A stretch of DNA of 64,000 bases from Camelus ferus. Lineage: Eukaryota. The stretch is from assembly GCF_009834535.1 (NCBI RefSeq), contig NC_045696.1:111540001-111604000 (forward strand). Reading direction: 5' to 3'. Position numbers and translations under genes: made by a program. Of the stretch, positions 51,991 to 64,000 are shown piece by piece. The stretch's first letter is position 1. Every line of letters starts with the position of its first letter. The notes beneath the pieces were generated by a model. It searched no databases, was not told where the DNA came from, and was given only the letters and a program-made list of their open reading frames with translations.

Positions 51991-52371
51991 TGTCTATCTG
52001 CCGAAGCCAAGGTCCCCTCAGACTGCTTCTGGTGCCCTTCTCTTCTCTCTGGCCCACAAACTGGGAGAACATTTGTTTGCTGATAATCTAATTGCCCACA
52101 ATCACACTTCCATCCTCCCTCCTTCAAATTAGACCCTTGGGAAGTTCCAAATTTAACTGGATTTCACTAAACTTTCTTGATCCAACTATTAACTGCTGAT
52201 TTCACCCTCGATGGGATAGGATATGTTGCCCTGGTTCTTTTTTGCAACCCTGCACAGCATAACATCAGTCCATCCATCTGCCCCACTAGAAGTTCTCAAC
52301 ATGTAGCTTAGTCTAGGGGGTTCCTGACTATGACAGCAAAAGGCCTTGTTAACAAGTAGTCTCCACTCCTA

Positions 52372-52625
52372 ACACAGTGTAGGGGAAGAGTTCAAGTGTG
52401 GGCTCTGGCATGAGATTACCTGTTTGAATCTAGACTCTACCACTTACCACCTGTGCATAACCTAACCTCTGAGCCTCAGTTTTCTCATCTGTAAAATAGC
52501 GATAGTAACCCCATCTACTTCATAGAGGGGTTGTGAGGATTAAATAAATTAAGACATGCAAATAACTTACTGCAATGCAGCACTCACTATAAGCACACAC
52601 AGTTGGCTATGGTGATTAAGATTAT
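52372..52625 (+). mobile_element. MIR SINE
   Basis: ctctgagcctcagttttctcatctgtaaaatagcgatagtaa...ttgtgaggattaaat. Confidence 0.85.
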
Positions 52626-53353
52626 CTTCATAAATCAGCAACATCAGAAAACACTTGCTTTTCAAAATGATACACAGTGTGCTTTCCATCCAAGCAAGTC
52701 AATCTGAACAATTGTTTCTGGTGTGATGAAACAGTTTCTCAGTATTATGACGATAAAAATAATTAATAGTAGTTAGCCAGTATGGCGTCTTGTGATTTTG
52801 GAACAGCCTTCTCATTAATCACAAGCATGCAAAATCATTTTTGTTCATGGACAAAATCTTCAGCTAATGGATTCTGAACCAGGACTGTGTCAGAGCGGCC
52901 AGAAGGCACGTGAATTTGTGAAGAAGCAGAGAAGGGCTTGGAAAGCTGGTGTTCCATTGTTAATGCGTGCAGGATGCAGTGCAGCTGCTCTGCATGCTGA
53001 TTACCTTGCCAGGAACTAGATTCTGCAGGGCAGGCGCAGCGCTCGCGACGGTCTCCTTTTCCCCCTCATCTCTCTTCATCCTGCTTTCTATGTCCATTAC
53101 CCAGTGTCTCTGTCACCAAAAAAGGAAATCACTCCACCCTGCCCCCCAAATGAGGCAAGAAATCTGGAAATAGTGGGTCTTGTAAGGAGTCTCCACTGCT
53201 GGAAGGCAATTGTCAAAATGACCCTTGGGATCAGGCACATCAAATGGCTTTAAGTAAGAGAGTGACATGGTCAAATTTGAGTTATAGAAACATCCACCCA
53301 GAAGCACGAAAAAAAGGGATTGAAGAAACACGAGCTTGAAAGAAGAGCACCTA

Positions 53354-53768
53354 ATACGTGGAATCTAAAAAACAAAAACAAACAAACAAACAAAAACAAA
53401 GCGTAAATACAGGACAGAAATAGATTCATAGACAGAGAATACAGACTTGTGGTTGCCAGGGGGGTGGAGGGTGGGAAGGGATAGACTGGGATTTCAAAAT
53501 TGTAGAATAGACTACACTGTATAGCACAGGGAAATATACACAAAATGTTATGATAACTCACAGAGAAAAAAATGTGATAATGAGTGTGTATATGTCCATG
53601 AATGACTGAAAAATTGTGCTGAACACTGGAATTTGACACAACATTGTAAAATGATTATAAATCAATAAAAAATGTTAATAAATAAATAAATAAATAAATA
53701 TGTGCAGATTCTACATGTCAATCATTCCTTAATAAAGTGGTTTAAAATGAAAAAAAAAAAAAAGAAAA
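53354..53768 (+). mobile_element. Young 5'-truncated L1 3'UTR with an extra 3' segment, inserted in an L2 relic
   Basis: tggaatctaaaaa...gtatagcacagggaaatata...caacattgtaaaatgattataaatcaataaaa; perfect 16-bp TSD gaaagaagagcaccta (53338-53353, 53769-53784). Confidence 0.95.
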
Positions 53769-54221
53769 GAAAGAAGAGCACCTAGCAGATAACACAGTAA
53801 TCCAGGTGCTCGTATGTTCAGGCAGACCTGGACACGGAGCTGTCAAATGGAGAGAAAGGGATAGACATGAGCGACAGTTGGGAATGAGGCCTGAAGACTG
53901 ATTAGATCAGGGGCTGAGGGACAAGGAAGCGTCAAGGATCACCCCCAAGTTCCTGTCATGGTCAATTGGATCCTCTGAGCCTAAAGATAATTAGTAATGC
54001 AAATTATCATGTGATTAAATGGCCTCGCACACCCAATTCATTAACACAGTAGGTCAATATCTTAACATTGAGACTATTTACCACCGGACGCTGAAATAAA
54101 TGAATGGTTGACATGGGTGTTTAGGAAACAATCACCTCTTATCTATATGTGCTGTACCAGATACCAGCAAGGATGCAGACATAAATACGACATGTAACAC
54201 AACATTTGCAAAGCAAAAAAA

Positions 54222-54641
54222 ATTTTTTTAATTGAAGTACAGTCAGTTACACTGTGTTAACTTCTGGCGTACAGCACAATGTCCCAGTCATGCATATACA
54301 TACATATATTCATTTTCATATTCTTTTTCATTAAAGGTTATTACAAGATATTGAATATAGTTCCCTGTGCTATACAGAAGAAGTTTGTTTTTTGTATCTA
54401 TTTTTATAGTGGCTAACATTTGCAAATTTCAAACTCCAAAATGTATCCCTTCCCACCCCCTTCCCCTCAGTAACCATAAGACTGTTTCCCATGTCTGCAA
54501 GTTTGTTTCTGTTTTGTAGATGAGTTCATTAATGTTCTCTTTTGTTCTTTTTTCAGATTCCATATATGAGTGATATATGGTATTTTTCTCTCTCTTTCTG
54601 GTTACTTCACTTAGAATGATGACCTCTACTTCCATCCATGG
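54222..54641 (-). mobile_element. 5'-truncated L1 3' end
   Basis: ttttaattgaagtacagtcagttaca...cttcacttagaatgatgacctc; TSD gcaaagcaaaa at 54208 and 54642. Confidence 0.92.
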
Positions 54642-55214
54642 GCAAAGCAAAATTGATAAGTATTACAATAAGGTAAAAAAGATGATTCTCTGTCAAAATA
54701 TGGGGGGAACAGGAGATTAATTCCAATCCACCAGAATAAATAGTGACTTCAGAAAAAAATGTGACCTTGAATGGTCCTTGAAGAATGAGCACAATTTCAA
54801 CAGGCACACATGTGAAAGAGACATCCAGGTTGGTGAAGTGGTTTGAGCAAAACTTCACAGGTATGACAATGTACTAGCCATATACCAGGAAGGCTGAGCA
54901 TTACACTTCCTTAACACTAGATGCACTATGGACAAAAAAGGAGCTGGAAGAAACAGTTAAAATGTACAGATCAATTTTGAAATGCAGTTCACTTGGAGTA
55001 GATAAAGTAATAAAAAGAGAAAAATGTATCACAGTATCAAGGAAAGCCAAGCATGACATAGAAAGCACATTGTATGGGGGGTTAAGGTAAGAGCTCTGTC
55101 TGGGAGTGGGAGTTCATGCTCAGTCTTGGGGACAATGGTGGAGCATTCAACTGTTCTTGAGAAAACAGTGATGCTATCAGATCTGTGCTTTAAGATGAGA
55201 TCTTCAGTGTAAAA

Positions 55215-56795
55215 AGTCAAGAAAAAGAAATAAAGGGCATAAAGATCAGAAAGGAAGAGATAAAACTGTCTCTATTTGCAGACAACTTGAATTTTTATAG
55301 AACAATTTCTAAAGAATCTATAAAATAACTAATAGAACTAATGCCTGAATTGATCAATGACATAACATACAAGGTTAATATTCAAAATATGTATATACTA
55401 GCATCAAAAATTGGAAAATGAAAATTTTTTAAGATTTTTTTTCTGCAATACCATCAAAAAAACATAATATACTTAGGAATAAATTTCACAAAAGACATGG
55501 AAAATCTCTATACTAAAACTATTAAACATTGTTGAGAGAAATTAAAGAAAACTCAAATACAGTGAGCAACGTACCGTGTTGATGGAGTGGAAGTGTCAGT
55601 ATTGCTAAGATGCTGGTTCCTCGTGCCTCCTGATTAATCTATGCATTCAACACAACACAAATCATAATGGCAGCAGGTGGTTTTTTTTTTTGGTGGAAAT
55701 TGACAAGTTGATTCTAAAATTTAGGTAGAATTGCAAATGACCTAGAATATTTAAAAACAACTTGCGAAGGAAAAACACTTACACTTAGACTACCTACCAT
55801 CCAGATTTATTCTGAAATTACAGTAAATCAAATTGTGTGGAACTGGCATAAAGACAAATAGATCAGTAGAACAGAATTGCGAGCCTGGACAAAACCTCAC
55901 AAGTATGTAGTCATTTAACTTTTGATAATGCACCCAATCAATCTAATGAAGGTAGGAAATTTTTTCAACAAGCAGATATCCATATGGAAAAAATAAACTT
56001 TAATCCTTAACTCAAAGAGGATCGAAAGCCTAAATGTAAAAGCTAAAACTATGAAATTCTAGATTACGTGGGAGAATATTTGCCTGAGGGTAGATTAAGT
56101 TTTCTTAAGTAGGACGCAGAAAAGCAATAATGATCAACACTCCTTGGTATTTACCCAAAGAAATGAAAAACTTAAGTCCACACAAAAACCTAAACACAGA
56201 TGTTTATAGCAGCTTTATTTGTAATTGCCAAAGCTTGGAAGCAACCAGGATGCCCTTCAGTAGGTGAATCTCATTTTCATTCAGTGGATGAATGAATAAA
56301 TAAACACTGGTGCAATGCAAAAACAGCACTAAAGCAGAAATGAATTATCCAGCCACGAGAAGACATAGAGGAACCTTAAATGTATATCCTAAGTGAAATA
56401 AGTTAATCTGTAAAACTATATACTGTGTGATTCCAACTATATGACGTTCTGGAAAAGGCAAAGGCATTTTTACTGTGGAGACAGTAAAAAGATGAGTGGG
56501 TGTCAGGTTTGAGGGGAGGGAGGGATACACAGGCCGAGCATGGGGGATTTTTAGGGCAGTGAATGTATTCTGCATGACACTATAATGGTGGACACGTGTT
56601 GTTATACACTTCTCAAAATCAACAAATGTAAACCCTAATATGAACAATGGTCATAATGGCATTAGCAATTGTAACAAATTCTAGTGCTGGCTGCTGCTGG
56701 TGGCTGAGTTTGTGCCTGTGTCATGGGAGGGAACGTATGGAGACTCTCTGTACTTTCCGCTGGGATTCTAAAACGTCTCCAAAAAAACAAAGTAT
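55215..56795 (+). mobile_element. Older L1 (L1MB/MC-type), RT region to 3'UTR, internally deleted
   Basis: aaaactgtctctatttgcagac (KLSLFAD); gaaattgacaagttgattctaaaattta; tatatactgtgtgattccaactatatgacgttctggaaaaggcaaa 3'UTR. Confidence 0.88.
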
Positions 56796-59700
56796 TTAGC
56801 ACAGTCCCTGCAAAATAAGGGCTCAGTACATCTATGGTTGATCTCATAAGCTCAATAACCAAAAAAGCTTTAAGTCAACTCCATGCAGTCTTCCCTTTTA
56901 CAAGCTTTTCATCAGACAAACCAAATATATTCTAGGGCATAAGGGGATGTGGGTGGGCTACCATATAAAGCATCATTATATTAAAGGTTGATTGATTATG
57001 AGGTTATATGATTAATTTAAAGTTTGATAACTATGCCAGCCAATATAATTTGGGAACACTGGGACAAATTAAGGGGGAGGCAGGGTTTGGAGAGGGTGCT
57101 GAGGTGAGGCACAGGTAGGCTCGCCCTAGGGCAAGATTGGCTCTGGACCCTAAAAGAATCAGGTTACCAGTGAATGCCAGTTTCTCCTTTCCTATCTCTG
57201 GGACTAAGCCCCGGGTCTTCCCAGAGTTTACAGACATGGTACTATCTCAATAGAGATTTCTTTGCCCAAGCACCTATGCATATGCAAATATATATATAAA
57301 GTTTATCTTTCAGGCCAAGAGAGTAGGTCTGGTATGATTTCAAACTGCCAGTTAATAAATTGGTTTCTTTTTCCTCATCTTATTCTGAAGGTCTAAAAAT
57401 CCCTTTACTATGGGGGAAAGTGGGATTTTAACTCCTTGAGTTAAAAGATTGATAATGCAAATGGCTGTGTGAGGTCACTTTTTAGACAGAATATATTTCA
57501 CAGGGGAAAAAATATCCAGTAAACTGATCGACTGAAGGATTTGTTTTCAGATATCTTCCTATTCTTGGGAAGGTACAAAAGTGAGCCGGAAGACACCATT
57601 GTAGGTTCATCTGCACTTGGCCTTAAATGAAATTGTATTGCACATCATAGTCATAAATGATGCTGCTTATATCCCATTATACCAGGACTTGGGCATCTGT
57701 ATGCTTGACAACCTCCCCAAGGGATTCTGATGTTCACCAAAGCTACACAGTCACTGCTCAGAGTGCTTTACGATCAAAATAAAAACCTTCAAGGAAACCT
57801 GGTTGTTTGGGTGATATCTGGAAAACAGAAGTGGAAAATAATGTCTTATCTTAATCGTTGATACAAAAACTTCTTTCAAGAAGGAAAGTATCTATTTGCA
57901 ATGTGCCACCTGGAGAAGTAGGCAGTAGGAACCTAAAGTTATGAAGGTTTGCAGAGGGCAGAGTGGCTGAATGGCTGTGTAGGAGACCAGAAGAAACTGT
58001 TTTTGCTCCTGCCTGGAGGGGGCAGAGGGGAGAGGGATGGAGAGGGGAGGAGGAGGAGGAAAGCCAATGTGTAATGTTCAACTTGAAGTGGTGTTACTGA
58101 CACTGATATGCATGTCGCAATTCTGAGTCCCCAAGACCATTCCCACTCCCAAATCCTCACTTAAGTCTACTCAGCACAGAAATTGCCTTGCGGAAAGAAG
58201 CTTTTGTGGAAATCAAAGAAAGTGTCTTGTGTGCACACGTAGAGAACGTTCCTTGTGGGACAGCACACTGTCCACAAGGGAGACGATCAAAGCCAGGATT
58301 TCTACAGAGTGAAAGAACGTCTAGAGATTTGCAGGAATCTTGTAGACTGCCACAGGATATGCTGTTTAAGAGCTGGACCAGTCTCTCCTGGATCTGAAGG
58401 AGGAGGAAGACTCCACTTGCTATCTGATACCGACACACATAAGCATCCTGGTCAGTAGAAGCTAAGGAGCCGTTAGAGAGATGCCTGAGCTTCCAGGTGT
58501 ATGTTTTGCAGCCGGGTTTTGCCTGTGTAAATTACTGCTTTGGGGCCACCTGAAGGACAAACTACAAAAACATCCATAATAAACATTCTGGCTACTCCTC
58601 TGCAAAGAATCTACTGCATGTCTTTTTTATACATGACAAGAAGGGGATGAAGGCAGCAGCCAGGCATCAATTTATAGAATGAGAGTCTAAAAATAAACGC
58701 AGTTGTGGAGATTGGCAGAATAGCAAAGGGGGAGGGGAAATAGCTCTTCTATTCTTTTAGGTTGAGCTCTCAGTGCCCCAGAGTGCTTGTCCTTTTCATC
58801 CGTGTCATTCGGACAGCCCTTAGGGAGAACTACTTGAAACCGGCATATTTTGTAATAGGCTGGGACCACCAATCCTGATATGGGGCATAGCCCCGCTCCA
58901 GTTTCCCACCAAGGAGGACATGGCCTCGGAGATTCCAGCAACTGCAGCTTTCCACAAAGGAAAACATGCAACAGTTTTCACAAAGGTAATAGGTGGTAAA
59001 CTCAGCTGAATAAAGGTTAGAAAAGCAAGCATGCTGACCAATTCACTTCAAGCCCTCCAATGTTTAATTATGCAAAAAACTTTGCTGTCGATCCATATTT
59101 TTTTCTGATATTATTCTAGAGTTGGAAAAGAGCCAGAGCAAGCCAGTAGACATGGACAAAAAATAAAAAAATTTAGTTATAAGTACTTGAAAAGATGCGT
59201 GCAAAAACTTCACCACCCACTTACAAGCCTATGTGAAATCACTGTGTCCTTAAAATGTCCTATAATCCCGGACTAGCATTGCCATAAGATCTCCTCCCAG
59301 AAAAACTCCAGAAACGACAAAAGAACAAAGACCTTATCGCTGGCCTTTAGAAAAGATACGATTGCAGCATTGTTTTTCACCACACAATCAGAGGTCTTTG
59401 TTCAAGGTCAAGCATTTCCCTCTCAGTTGATGAGTTGGCGTCACAAAAGCAGGTGCCCCCAGAGCTCGGGGTTGGTCCGCCAGGGGAAGAGGAAAAGGCA
59501 CTGAGGCCGCTGGGTTGTGTGACAGTCTCCTGATTTTAAAATCATCTGCAGTTTCGCAAAAAGAAGGACATATGTAGAAAAAGAAATGAACACTCTCCCA
59601 AACTATTAATGCCTTCGGATTCATCATACCTTTGCCAGCTGAAGTGGTTTCTGTGCACGCTCACGCGGGCACTCAGATGGCATGTCTGGCTCTCTGACAA

Positions 59701-59858
59701 CAGAAGAATTAAAGAGAAGTCTCGTAAACAAAATGACAGCCAGCAAACACGGGAGTTAGCCCAGAAATGATGCCCGCACCAGATTCTGTACCAAAATCGC
59801 CACCTTAACTGGCTTGAATAAAGGACAAAGAACCTGAATTACATGAAAATCAGAGTAT

Positions 59859-59920
59859 TGTGCCATTTGATACCATGTGTTTTGTGTCATTTGGTACCAT
59901 GTGTTTTGTGCCATTTGGTA
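59859..59920. repeat. 24-bp tandem repeat, about 2.6 copies
   Basis: Unit tgtgccatttggtaccatgtgttt, no spacers. Confidence 0.9.
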
Positions 59921-60179
59921 GGCTGAAGTTTTCTGAGCAGGGGATTTACTAATATTCCACCACCAATTCTCGAGCTTCCAACTCTACTCCCTGCAACCAC
60001 TTTGAACCCATTCATCAACTTGGAGTACAATTAAGACATCTTTTGTTTCTTCAGATAGTCAGGCAAATCCTCACCTGCCTTATCATGAAGTGTATCTTCC
60101 TTTCTTGGGGCCCCCATCACCATCCAGAATTGTCTTAGTACCCAAAGGGGATTGGTCTTCCTTACAATGCCATGAACAG

Positions 60180-60278
60180 AAAAAGAAAGGAGGGAGGGAG
60201 GAAGGGAGGGAGGAAGGAAGGCAGGCAGGCAGGCAGGAAGGAAGGAAGGAAGGAAGGAAGGAAAGAAAAGGAAAGAAA
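60180..60278. repeat. Compound (GGGA/GGAA/GGCA)n purine-rich microsatellite
   Basis: Direct inspection. Confidence 0.95.
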
Positions 60279-60344
60279 TTCTAATCAATCCACTAACTCT
60301 GGCACATATGGTGGCTCCACACCCTCGGCAACACCTGCCGCTGT

Positions 60345-63300
60345 CCCATCTTTTCTATTATAGCCATACTAGTAGGTGCGAAGCAGCAACTCATTTCGGT
60401 TTTCACATGCATTTCTTAAATAATGAATGATGTTGAGCTTCTCTCCAGGTACTTAATGACCACTTTTATATCACCTTTAGATAAATGTCTATTTAAATCA
60501 TTTGCCCAGATTTTAATTGATTTTTTTTTGCCTTTTTATGGTTGAGTTGTGTTATTTATACATTTTGAATGGTATCCCCTTATAGATACATAATTTGCAG
60601 TCATTTTCTCCCTCCTGTGGGCTGTCTTTCGACTTTCTTGATAATGTCACTTTTGAAGCCTAAAAGGTTTTAATTATGAAGTCAATATAGATATTTTTTT
60701 CTTTAGCTGCATGTGCTTTTGATATCATGTCTAAGAAACTATTGCCTAATCCAAGGATGCAAAGATTTATGTCTATGTTTTCTTCCACAATTTTTATAGT
60801 TTTACCTTCTACATTCAGGTCTTTAATCCATTTTGAGCTACTTTTTGTAAATAACATTAAATAAGAGGCTAACTTCATCATTTCGTATGTGGGTATTCAG
60901 CTGTCATAGCAGCACTGATTGCAAAAATTATTCTTTCCTTCACCCAGTTGTCTTGGCACCATTGCCAAAAACCAAGCGGTCATAAAATGTAAGGGTTTAT
61001 TTAGGGACTCATAATTCTATTCAGTTTATCTCCATGTCTATCTTTATGCCAGGACCACACAACCATGATATTATAGCTTTGCAGTAAATTTTGAAAGTGG
61101 TAAGTTGTGAGTCCTCCAACTTTATTGTTTTTCAAGAATGTTTTGTCTATTCTGGGTCCCCTACATTTCCTTATGAATTTTACGGTCTGCTTGCCCATTT
61201 CTGAAAGAAAAAAGGCAGCTATGGTTTTAAAAGGGATTACATTGAATCCATATTGAGTCTATAGACCAATTTGGGAATTATTTTCATTTTAACAGTATTA
61301 AATCTTCCAACCCATGAAAACAGGACATATTTCCATTTATTTAGGCATTTTTAAATTTCTTTCAAAGATGTTTTGTAGTTTTTAATGTATAAGTTTTACA
61401 CTTATTTCATTAAATTAACCCCTAACTTGGTTTTTAATTCTGTTATGCAAGGAATTATTTCCATAATTACAGTCTGGTGGTGTTCATTGCTATTGTGTAG
61501 AAATATAACTAATTTTTGTATATTGATCCTGTATCCTGGAACTTTGCTGTACTGTTTATTAGCTATAACAGTTTTTCTGTGTATGTGGATTCCTAAGGAT
61601 TTTTTATGTGCAAACTCATGTCATCTGTGAATAGAGATAGTTTTAATTCATCTTTTCTGATCTGAATGATTTTATTTACTTTTCTTGCCCAGCTGCCCTG
61701 GCTGGAACCTCCAGCACAATGTTGAACAGAAGTGGTGAGAGCAGACACCCTTGCCTTGTTCCTGATCTTAGTGGAAAAGCTTTTAATCTTTCACATTAGG
61801 TACTATGTTAGCAGTGATTTTTTTCATAGATGCCCTTTATCAGATTAAGGATATTTCCTTCTATTATCAGTTAGTTGAATGTTTTTATCATAAAAGGGTG
61901 TTGGATTTTGTTAAATACTTTTTCCGTATCAATTGAGAAGAACACATGATTCTTATCTTTCATTACTATGGTGTGTCACATTGATTGATTTTTATATCTT
62001 GAAACAACCTTGCATTCCTGGAGAAAACCCACTTGGTCATGGTGTATGATTTTTTTTTTACATATCTTGTTGGATTCAGTGATGGTACTTTGTTAAGAAT
62101 TTTGCTTCCATATTTGAAATGTATATTCTTCCCATGTTCAGAATGTAGTTGTTTTTTTTTTTCCCCTTGTGGTGTTTTTGTCTGGTTTTGGTACGAGTAA
62201 TACTGACCTTTATAGAGCTGGGTTGAGAAATGTTCCCTCCTCTTCTATTTTTTAGAAGAACCTGTGAAAGACAGGTGTTAATTCTTCTTTAAACACGTGA
62301 TAGATTTCACTAGTGAATTCACCATCTAGTCCTTGCCTTATCTCTGTGTGAAGTTCTTTTTATTACTAATTCAATTCCTTTACTGTTATAAGCCTATGCA
62401 GATTTTCTGTCTTCTTCAATCAGTTTTGATAGATGTGACTTTCTAGGAATTGATTCATTTTACCTAAATTATCTGAATGTTTGGCATTCTAATTGAATCT
62501 TCTCTCTTTTCTCTTTGTCAGTCTAGCTAATATTTTGACAATTGTGTTGATCTTTTCAAAGAATCAACCTTTTGGTTTCCTTTACTGTGTTTTCTCTATT
62601 GCATTTCTATTACCTATTTTATTTATTTTTGCTCTAATCTGTATTATTTCCTTCTAATACTTGCTTTGGGTTTAGTTTGCTCTTCTCTTTCCAGTTTCCT
62701 AAGATGAAAGATTATTGATTTGAAATCTTTTTTTCTTTATTTAATATAAGTATTTATAGCTATAAATTTCTCTCTAAGCATCATTGCTAAGCTCTATGCC
62801 AAAAATTTTGTTATGTTGTGCTTTCATTTTCATTCCTCTCTATTTGGTGAGACGTCATTCTCATACCTTCCTTTAGTTCCTAGGTGTGGTTGATCTTCCT
62901 AAATTTCCTTTCTAAATATGTTCTTTGAATAGACAATTTAAACCTTCATCTAATAAGTATAAAGTCTGTGTTTTCTCAAGGACAGTTTCTATTGATTGCT
63001 TTTTTCCTGGGTATGCATCATACCTTCTTGTTTCTTTGTATGGTTCATACCTTTTTGTTTAAAACTGGACGTTTGAAATAATACAATGTGGCAACTCGGG
63101 AAATCACATCCTCTCTTCCCAGGGTTTGTTGCTGTTGCTGCAGTGCATTCATCAGGGACTCTCCTGAGCTAATTCTGTAAATTTGTCTATACTCTAATTC
63201 TATTCTATATTGTGAGCACTGGATTCTCTTTCCAGTTAGGTTAATGGTCATCTCATGATTATACAAAGATTTCCTTAAATGCTTGGAACCAGTAAGTCCT

Positions 63301-64000
63301 GCAGCTGCTGCTGAAGTCCTCTGTGTGCACGCTGGGGCACGCATTCAACACAGGCAGGCAGTTTACAGCTGTATCTTAGCCTTCACTTTCTGCCTGCACT
63401 GAGCCTCAAGATCAGCTGGAGAGCTTAGAGCCTTCGCTCTTCCCTGGACGTGCGCACAACCCTAAATATGTGTATGGTTTTCTGTATTTCTAGGAATATG
63501 TTTTAGCCTTTCAAAGCCCTTTATGTACATACAACTCATTCACCAGCTTTCCTTCTAAGTTTTTATTCAGCTTATTGTTTGCCTCATCACCTCAGACAAC
63601 TGCAATGTTTTAAAACTGCCACTAATTGTTTGAGACAAACGCTCCTGGGGAAAAGACTGTTTGCAAGGGGCCAGCTCTGAGTCAGGCCAAATAAAGACTA
63701 GCCTGTGAGTGGGATTTTCCAAGGGACTGTCGGACAGGTCAAATAATGACAGTTACATGGGAACTGGGTTTAGAGGACATCCCATTCCATTCTGCCCCTT
63801 CAGAGGTTGACAGGCTGCTGGTTTTACCCAAAGCGTGAGGTCATTTATATACAAGGCTACCACTGAGCTGGCAAGACTGGCAAGTTAATACACCACAAAG
63901 TTTGCTATTCTTTCCATGATTCAGACTTTTTCGTGAATAAACGCTCTGTGGATTGTTACAATTATCTGGTTAATTTCCAGAATTTGGGGGGGAAATCCAT
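60345..64000 (-). mobile_element. Old L1 (L1MD-like): ORF2 remnants, large deletion near 62840, ORF1 N-terminus and 5' region running off the window
   Basis: Minus peptides SKWIKDLNVEGKTIKIVEENI and KFIRKCRGPRIDKTFLKNNKVGGLT; region 62850-64000 resembles the L1MD ORF1 start and 5'UTR from recall. Confidence 0.85.

Noticed and set aside
16764..58264. Shared 14-mer ccttgtgggacagc at about 16764 and 58251
   Set aside because: Matches of this length are expected by chance in a 64-kb self-comparison and the flanks do not extend.
59859..59920. Possible CRISPR-like direct repeats
   Set aside because: Head-to-tail with no spacers, fewer than three full copies, no cas genes, mammalian context.

Overview
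64 kb of mammalian genomic DNA, most likely camelid (camel/alpaca/llama), judged from two Vic-1-type tRNA-derived SINEs and several young L1 3' ends. I find no supportable protein-coding exon, structural RNA gene, CRISPR array or prokaryotic feature; ORFs with recognisable sequence are decayed L1 ORF2 pieces or their antisense shadows. The window reads as repeat-rich intergenic or deep intronic DNA: L1s of several ages, MIR/L2 relics, MaLR/ERVL/ERV1/Gypsy-type solo LTRs, and Tigger/hAT DNA-transposon derivatives. I do not see a new biological system. The best observations are (i) an L1 insertion with a perfect 16-bp TSD carrying an apparent 3' transduction, (ii) a twin-primed 5'-inverted L1, (iii) a MER41-like solo LTR with an intact GAS (STAT) site, (iv) a sharply CpG-enriched patch inside ancient repeats, and (v) a CCAAT/E-box/ATF motif cluster in apparently unique sequence. 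Repeat subfamily names come from my recall of consensus sequences, not from a database search, and boundaries of old elements are approximate.
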